Assembly: GCA_963850905.1 (NCBI GenBank)
Contig: CAWKMU010000003.1
Location: forward strand, 2,944,001 to 3,008,000
Length of the DNA stretch: 64,000 bases
Reading direction: 5' to 3'
DNA from: an uncultured Gemmatimonadales bacterium
GTDB lineage: Bacteria > Gemmatimonadota > Gemmatimonadetes > Gemmatimonadales > Gemmatimonadaceae
In this document: one piece after another, positions 58,433 through 64,000 of the stretch
How positions within the stretch are numbered: position 1 is the stretch's first letter
Layout of the letters: each line of letters opens with the position of its first letter
Translations under genes and position numbers: made by a program
The notes under the pieces: model-generated
What the model was told of the DNA's origin: nothing
Database searches by the model: none
The model's input: only the letters and a program-made list of their open reading frames with translations

Positions 58433-59434
58433 TCACGTGAAATCGCCGACGAGCGCATTGAACCCGTGGCGGAGATGCGATAGGATCGGCGACCGTCGTG
58501 GTTCACCCCAGTAGGGCGTCTTGTTGACGTCGACGATGCTGATCTCGTCATGGCGGTCCATCACACAGTCGGCGCCCAGGAAGTCCGCATGCAAGGCGCC
58601 GGCAATCCGACGCGTAGCCAGGAGCGCGCGAGTTGCCCGATCGCTCGAAGGGCCCAATGTCGCCGTCTCGCCCGAGGGCAGCGTCCAGAAGAAATAGTTG
58701 TGCCGCCGCCGGATGGCGGTGGTCAACTTCTTGATGTCGCCATCCACCCAGACGCAGCTGACGACGCCCGCGGGTCCCGCCACGTACACCCGAAAGATCA
58801 GCCCTTCCGGGTTCTCGATGAACCGCTCGACGACGAGTGTCGGATCGCTCCAGACGCTGGCTGCGACCTGGGCGCGCGTCGTGACGACGTAGCCCAGCTG
58901 AGTGGTGATAGCGTCGCCCACGTCGGCGGTAAATGCCGCCGCTCGGTCGCCCCACTGCTTTCGCAGTGCTCGCTCGGGCAGGCCGCCGTAGTTGAGCGTT
59001 GTCTTGATGACGAGACGTTCGTCCGGCGGCCCGTCCTGATCGGCCCTCGCAGAGGGCACGCCGAGCTCGGAACAGCGCGTGTGTAACGTCGACTTTCGCA
59101 CGTCGAACGCATCGAGGTTGAGGACGCGCTGCCCTCGCTCACGGAGACCCGAGCGGAAAGCCTCCTCGGCGTCGATGAACCCACGTGTCATGCTGGCATT
59201 GAGGTGCACCACGACGCCGTGCGCCGTCGCTGGGATCGCATCGAGCAACGCGGACGCCGAGTCGCCCGGTTTGACGCTGATTCGGACTGCGCGCGAAAAC
59301 AGGACTTCGACCATGAAGCCACGCCAGGCATTGCATTCGCAGATCGCGAGTGGCTCCGGAGGGGACTCCTGCAGGATCGGCGCCTCGCGCGGCCCCAACC
59401 CCACCCAGGCGCGCACCGTGGAACGGAGAGTCAT
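58433..59434 (-). CDS. Hypothetical protein with ATP-grasp-like motifs
   Basis: DVRKS, VIKT..NYGG, LVVERFIE, FRVYV, DFLGADCV, IVDVNKTP. Confidence 0.65.
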   Translation of the reverse strand: MTLRSTVRAWVGLGPREAPILQESPPEPLAICECNAWRGFMVEVLFSRAVRISVKPGDSASALLDAIPATAHGVVVHLNASMTRGFIDAEEAFRSGLRERGQRVLNLDAFDVRKSTLHTRCSELGVPSARADQDGPPDERLVIKTTLNYGGLPERALRKQWGDRAAAFTADVGDAITTQLGYVVTTRAQVAASVWSDPTLVVERFIENPEGLIFRVYVAGPAGVVSCVWVDGDIKKLTTAIRRRHNYFFWTLPSGETATLGPSSDRATRALLATRRIAGALHADFLGADCVMDRHDEISIVDVNKTPYWGEPRRSPILSHLRHGFNALVGDFT

Positions 59435-59544
59435 GGTGATGCTAAAGTGGGTCTTGAGTGCCGAATGGTCAAAGCATCGCGGCCCCCACGCGATTGCAGC
59501 CCGACCCGGCTGGCGCCGTATCGTGATATCAGTATGCTTCTAGC

Positions 59545-60132
59545 ATGACCGATACCGTCCACTGCCCGCCCCGGTCCTCGCGGATTTTGGTCGCGGCGAT
59601 GTGTACCGTCCTCGCCGCCTTTTCCGGCAGGTTGTGGGCGCAGGCGCCTGCACCTCGTGACTCGTCGCCGCCGCCGGCGGCCCGTCCATCCGATGTCTCC
59701 TCGATCGACGCGATTCTGCGCGCCGCGTACGACGTGATCTCCGGGCCGGCCGGGCCGCGAGACTGGCAGCGTTTCCGATCACTCTTCGTGACCGGCGCAC
59801 GCCTCATTCCGGCTGAACGCGACTCGACCGGCCACACACGACTGCAAGTGACCACGGTCGACGAATTCGCACAATCGGCTGCGCAGTACTTCACGACGAA
59901 CTCGTTTTACGAGCGTGGCATCGGACAGAAGGTCGACGCGTTTGGCGCCGTGGCGCAGGTCTTCAGCTCGTACGCGTCCTTCCGCGGCGCCAATGACCCG
60001 CAGCCGTTCGCGCGCGGCATCAACAGCTTTCAGCTGTTCAACGATGGGACACGGTGGTACATCGTGACGATCTACTGGAACGCCGAACGCCCCGATCTCA
60101 AGATCCCTGCGCAGTACCTCAACGCGAAGTAG
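59545..60132 (+). CDS. Secreted NTF2-like hypothetical protein
   Basis: DVSSIDAI..YDVISGP, RDWQRFRSLF, RGINSFQLFNDGTRW. Confidence 0.8.
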   Translation: MTDTVHCPPRSSRILVAAMCTVLAAFSGRLWAQAPAPRDSSPPPAARPSDVSSIDAILRAAYDVISGPAGPRDWQRFRSLFVTGARLIPAERDSTGHTRLQVTTVDEFAQSAAQYFTTNSFYERGIGQKVDAFGAVAQVFSSYASFRGANDPQPFARGINSFQLFNDGTRWYIVTIYWNAERPDLKIPAQYLNAK

Positions 60133-60250
60133 AGCAACGCCGGGCACCGAACGGTCCTCCTTTCCACTGCCGCGTCAGCGGCGGCTTGGCGCAACGCTTG
60201 GCAACCGGAGGACGTATGACCCGGGCTCTCGACTGGCCCTCAGGGTTGGT

Positions 60251-60278
60251 TTTCTAGCGTCCAACGTCCAACGTCTAC
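60251..60278 (+). repeat. Heptamer array 2 nt before the decarboxylase ATG
   Basis: tttctag cgtccaa cgtccaa cgtctac. Confidence 0.85.
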
Positions 60279-60280
60279 CC

Positions 60281-61720
60281 ATGACTGCCCTGGATCAACC
60301 AGCCAATGTGCACGGTGTGTCCGCCGAGGTCGCGTCTCCCGCTTTCGATGAGGCGGCCGCCAAAGCAGCGGCTCTGTTCGTATCGATCTATCGAGGCCTC
60401 GAGGATCGACGAGTTGCGCCTGTGACGGACCGTGCAGCCTTGCGCGCGACCTTCGCCGACACGCTGTTGGAAGACGGCGTCGGTCTCGCACAGACCCTCG
60501 AGGAATTTGAGCAGTGGGTGCTGCCCGCTTCCATGGGGACGGCGCATCCACTCTATCTCGGTCTCGTGAACTCCTCGCCACTCCCGGCGGCGGCGCTGGG
60601 CGACCTCCTTGTCTCGTCTCTCAACAACAACGGCGGAGCGTTCCACCAGTCGCCGTCGATGACGACCTGCGAAGAGGAGATCGTTCGGAGCTTCGCCCGC
60701 CTCTTTGGCTTGAGTGGCGCCGAAGGCATGCTCGTGCCAGGCGGCATGTTTGCGATGCTGCAGGCACTCGTGCTGGCGAGAGTGCACGCCACCGGCGGAC
60801 CGGCGCGTCCCGGCCTCCGGCTGTACGCATCCGACGTCGCGCACTTCACGGTCAGTCGTTCGGCGATGGTCGCGGGACTGGCAAGTGAGGACGTGATTGC
60901 GATTCCGAGCTCCGGGCGCGGGATCATGGACGTCCAGGCATTGGCGCAGCGCATCCGCGAGGATCGCGCAAAGGGAGCCACTCCGTTTGCTGTCGTCGCC
61001 ACAGCGGGAACGACCGCAACGGGCGCCATGGACCCCATCGCCAGCATCGCCGCCGTCTGCAAGGAGGAAGGTCTCTGGCTGCACGTCGATGCCTGCTACG
61101 GCGGAGCGGCAATGCTGCTGGAGTCGATGCGGCACCGATTCAGCGGCGTCGAGTTGGCCGATTCCATTGCCATCGATCCGCACAAGTGGTTCTTCATTCC
61201 CGTCACGGCCGCGCTGGTGCTGACGACCCATGGCGACGTCGCCCGCCGCGCGTTCGCAACCACCACGGGGTCGTACATTCCGACGGAAGGGGAGGTGGAC
61301 GCCTGGCAACGGGGTGTCCCAAGCACGCGTCGCTCGTCGGGGCTGACCGTCTGGATGGCGCTCCGTGCGCACGGGTGGCGCACGATCAGGACCGCCGTCC
61401 AGAGCAACATCGAGCTCACGCGCGAGCTCGAGGCGTTGCTCGGCCAGCGAGGCTTTCAGGTGCTGGATGGAGGCGAGTTATCGATCGCCTGTGCGAGGTG
61501 GGAGCCAGCTGGCTGGACGACGGAGGCGCTCGATCGACTGCAGGTTCAGATTGCGCGCGACGTAGTGGCGTCGGGGATCGCATGGTTCTCGACGACACAC
61601 CACGCCGGCCGCACGTGGTTGCGGTTCAACATGGTCAACCTCTACACGCGCGAGCACCACGTCCGCCAGTTGGCCGACGTCCTCGTAGCGACGGCCAGGC
61701 GGCTGACCACCACCCCCTGA
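60281..61720 (+). CDS. Group II PLP-dependent amino acid decarboxylase
   Basis: HPLYLG, AHFTV, VATAGTTATGAMDP, WLHVDACYGG, IDPHKW. Confidence 0.93.
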   Translation: MTALDQPANVHGVSAEVASPAFDEAAAKAAALFVSIYRGLEDRRVAPVTDRAALRATFADTLLEDGVGLAQTLEEFEQWVLPASMGTAHPLYLGLVNSSPLPAAALGDLLVSSLNNNGGAFHQSPSMTTCEEEIVRSFARLFGLSGAEGMLVPGGMFAMLQALVLARVHATGGPARPGLRLYASDVAHFTVSRSAMVAGLASEDVIAIPSSGRGIMDVQALAQRIREDRAKGATPFAVVATAGTTATGAMDPIASIAAVCKEEGLWLHVDACYGGAAMLLESMRHRFSGVELADSIAIDPHKWFFIPVTAALVLTTHGDVARRAFATTTGSYIPTEGEVDAWQRGVPSTRRSSGLTVWMALRAHGWRTIRTAVQSNIELTRELEALLGQRGFQVLDGGELSIACARWEPAGWTTEALDRLQVQIARDVVASGIAWFSTTHHAGRTWLRFNMVNLYTREHHVRQLADVLVATARRLTTTP

Positions 61721-61801
61721 CGTGGGATCGCCGGCGACTCGAGTCGGTAGCCGTTTGGCTCCTCGGATGACGGAACGCCCACGCTGCGTGAGGACCGGCG
61801 G

Positions 61802-61826
61802 GTAGGGGCGACGCAATGCGTCGCCG
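61802..61826 (+). repeat. Single GTAG-type REP
   Basis: GTAGGGGCGACGCAATGCGTCGCC. Confidence 0.85.
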
Positions 61827-62001
61827 TGCCGAGCCTTAACAACGCGGCGATGCCTTCGTCCTACCAGCGAGCCCGTCCGAGCGGTCTCATGAATTCTTAG
61901 CGTTGCTCGGGTGGTTGACGAGGCGTCGGGAGGGCAGCGAGGGAGCTCCCGCCCTCGATCTCATTCTTTCGGACTCTTTTACCGGTCAGGAGCTTCGCTC
62001 T

Positions 62002-62760
62002 ATGGGTCTCGTGTCGCGCAGCATTCTGTCGCTGGCCGCCGCCTCCGCCTCGACGATTGGCATCTGTGTGGCGTGTTCGGGCAGTCAGGGGCCGGCCGGT
62101 CCAGTGCTCACTGGCAATCGATCGGGAGTGGTGTACCTCTTTGATCAATTCGGTGGCAGCCTGAATTCGGATTCCGGCATGACCGTCACGGCGAATCCAG
62201 GGAGCGTCAGCAGCGTCTCCAACACCGCCGGCCAATACATGATCCCCGGCCTCAAGACCGGTGTGTACACGATCAGCTTCGCTGCCAGCGGCTTCGGCAC
62301 CTTCCTCCAGCCACGCGTTGGGTTCGTTGGAGGTGGCACCACGCAGGTCGCGCCCGTGAATCTCGCGCAAAAATCCACCGCCACGATCTCCGGGTTGTTG
62401 GCCACGCCCAACGTGGCTGGCGACACGATCATTGTGTCGGGGACGATCGATGCGCCGCCGACAGGCGTGACACGCAGCATCCGGCTCTTTTTCTCAACGG
62501 CGGCCACCCCGTCCGCGGCCGTCGGAGCCTATGCCGTCACGACGGTCAAGACTGGCTTCAGCGCGAGCCCATTCATGTACCGGCTCACTGGTGCGGACAT
62601 CCAGTCGCTGCGCAACAATTTTGCGTCCGGCAGCACCATCAACGTCGCCGCGTACGGCGACAGCTTCTACGAGAACTCCTACGAGGACTCCACGACGGGC
62701 CAGACCGTATATCCCAATGTGAGCGCCCCGTCCAACATTGCATCCTTCGTAATGCCGTGA
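62002..62760 (+). CDS. Lipoprotein with carboxypeptidase-regulatory-like domain
   Basis: AGGAG RBS, lipobox CVA-C, GQYMIPGLKTGVYTISF...GF. Confidence 0.8.
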   Translation: MGLVSRSILSLAAASASTIGICVACSGSQGPAGPVLTGNRSGVVYLFDQFGGSLNSDSGMTVTANPGSVSSVSNTAGQYMIPGLKTGVYTISFAASGFGTFLQPRVGFVGGGTTQVAPVNLAQKSTATISGLLATPNVAGDTIIVSGTIDAPPTGVTRSIRLFFSTAATPSAAVGAYAVTTVKTGFSASPFMYRLTGADIQSLRNNFASGSTINVAAYGDSFYENSYEDSTTGQTVYPNVSAPSNIASFVMP

Positions 62761-62762
62761 GG

Positions 62763-62797
62763 TTAGACGCTGGACGTTAGATGTTGGACGTTAGACG
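62763..62797 (-). repeat. Heptamer array x5 in inverted orientation
   Basis: ttagacg ctggacg ttagatg ttggacg ttagacg. Confidence 0.9.
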
Positions 62798-64000
62798 TCT
62801 GGCCCACGATATCGCGCACGCGCCGGCGCCGCCGCTCGTTGACGTAGAGCGCGGCGCCGACGACGTTCGCGGCCACGACCACCGTTGCGATCTTGAGCGC
62901 GAACGCAGCTTGGCTCGCGACCGGCACGATCGGCAGGACCGAGAGAATCACGTAGAGCGTGGTCGTGGCGAAACCGGCAACCGCGAGCAGCCGGAGCCAT
63001 AGGGGCGCGTGCAACGTGCTGCCACGCCATCCCACGAGCGGCAGGGCAAAGAGCACGAGGTACGTTAGTCCATAGAAGATGCCGGCGGCGTTGTCGATGA
63101 GTTGGAACGCCTCCTGCTCGCCGACGTTGATCATGCCCGCCACGGCGCACACCAGCGCACAGCCGCCGATGAACACGATCGAGTTGATCGGTGTCCGGTA
63201 CCGAGGATGGAGGCGCGTAAACCATTCTCGGGAGGAGACTATCCCATCCCGCCACCATCGGCATCCGGCTCGTCGCCGTGAACAGCATGCTCGAATTACT
63301 GAATGCCCGAGACGTGATAGCGAACACGGCGAATGGTATGATGATGGCGATGGCCCCTGAAGAACCCAATCCCACTCGGAACGCCTGCGGAATCGGACCG
63401 ACGAGGTCGAGTCGATCGAGCGGGACGAGTGCCTGGACCGCCGACGTTCCGAAGATGAACATCACGGCGATGATTGGCGCCGCGATGATCACGGAACGGC
63501 CGATCGAGCGCCGTGCCTCACGCGTTTCCCCCGCCAACACTGCCACGTACTCGAACCCGGACAGCGCGCCGACCGCGAGCTTTCCGAAAATGTTCACGTT
63601 CAGCAGCGTGAAGGCGGGTCGCGTCATGGCGAGCGGATGGTATGCCCGCAGCGTGCCTCGGAACATGTTGATGACAGGGAGCAGAATCAGGAACGCGAAG
63701 GCCATCATGAGTAGCACACTGCCCGCGTTGTGCACCCACTTGCTGATCGAGAGCCCGAGGATGGCGATGACGATGAGCGTGCCGAGGACGACCCCAGTAA
63801 CAGCGCCAATGTAAAGACGATTACCGGAGAGGAACTGAGCGCTCGGACCTATGGCGTACACGATCCCGTTGGCAATCGTGAGTCCGAATGCGCCGAGCAG
63901 CACGATGGCGTATAACCACAGATTCCACACCACCAGGAACGCGATCCCCTCGTTCAGCCCGAGCTTGGCCCACTGGTACAGGCCGCCTTCTAGTGGGTAC
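62763..64000 (-). CDS. APC-family permease, 5'-truncated by the window, with apparent +1 frameshift near 63225
   Basis: YPLEGGLYQW, ALSGFEYVAVLAGE, GWDSLLPR; removing one base continues WFTRLHPRYRTP. Confidence 0.88.

Noticed and set aside
58290..59545. Graspetide or other RiPP cluster around the ATP-grasp-like gene
   Set aside because: No precursor peptide, repeated core or exporter seen

Overview
High-GC bacterial chromosomal segment, gene-dense and rich in secreted, periplasmic and outer-membrane proteins. SusC/SusD-type and carboxypeptidase-regulatory-domain TonB receptors at this GC content suggest Gemmatimonadota (inference). I saw no rRNA, tRNA, transposase, integrase or CRISPR array. 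Main blocks: (1) NHL beta-propeller, SDR, DinB and tandem signal-peptide RidA genes divergent from a CusRS-like two-component pair; (2) a SusC/SusD pair between two outward-facing LVIVD beta-propeller paralogs, with a DUF305 (CopM-like) gene and a decayed DUF305 copy; (3) three outer-membrane barrels, lgt and an M23 peptidase; (4) a metal-handling island with a ZIP transporter, a HEAT protein, a P1B-ATPase remnant and two paralogous TonB receptors, a DtxR/MntR-like operator and structured leaders; (5) a LytS/LytTR pair with a 21-bp-periodic triple repeat; (6) amide, amine and guanidino catabolism genes with three APC permeases. Non-coding highlights are inverted heptamer arrays bracketing genes, 52-bp direct repeats around one gene, GTAG-type REPs, several duplication scars, and three +1 frameshifts that each overlap the same GAATG 5-mer. 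All calls are by eye from motifs; no database searches were run, and several start codons were moved by judgement.
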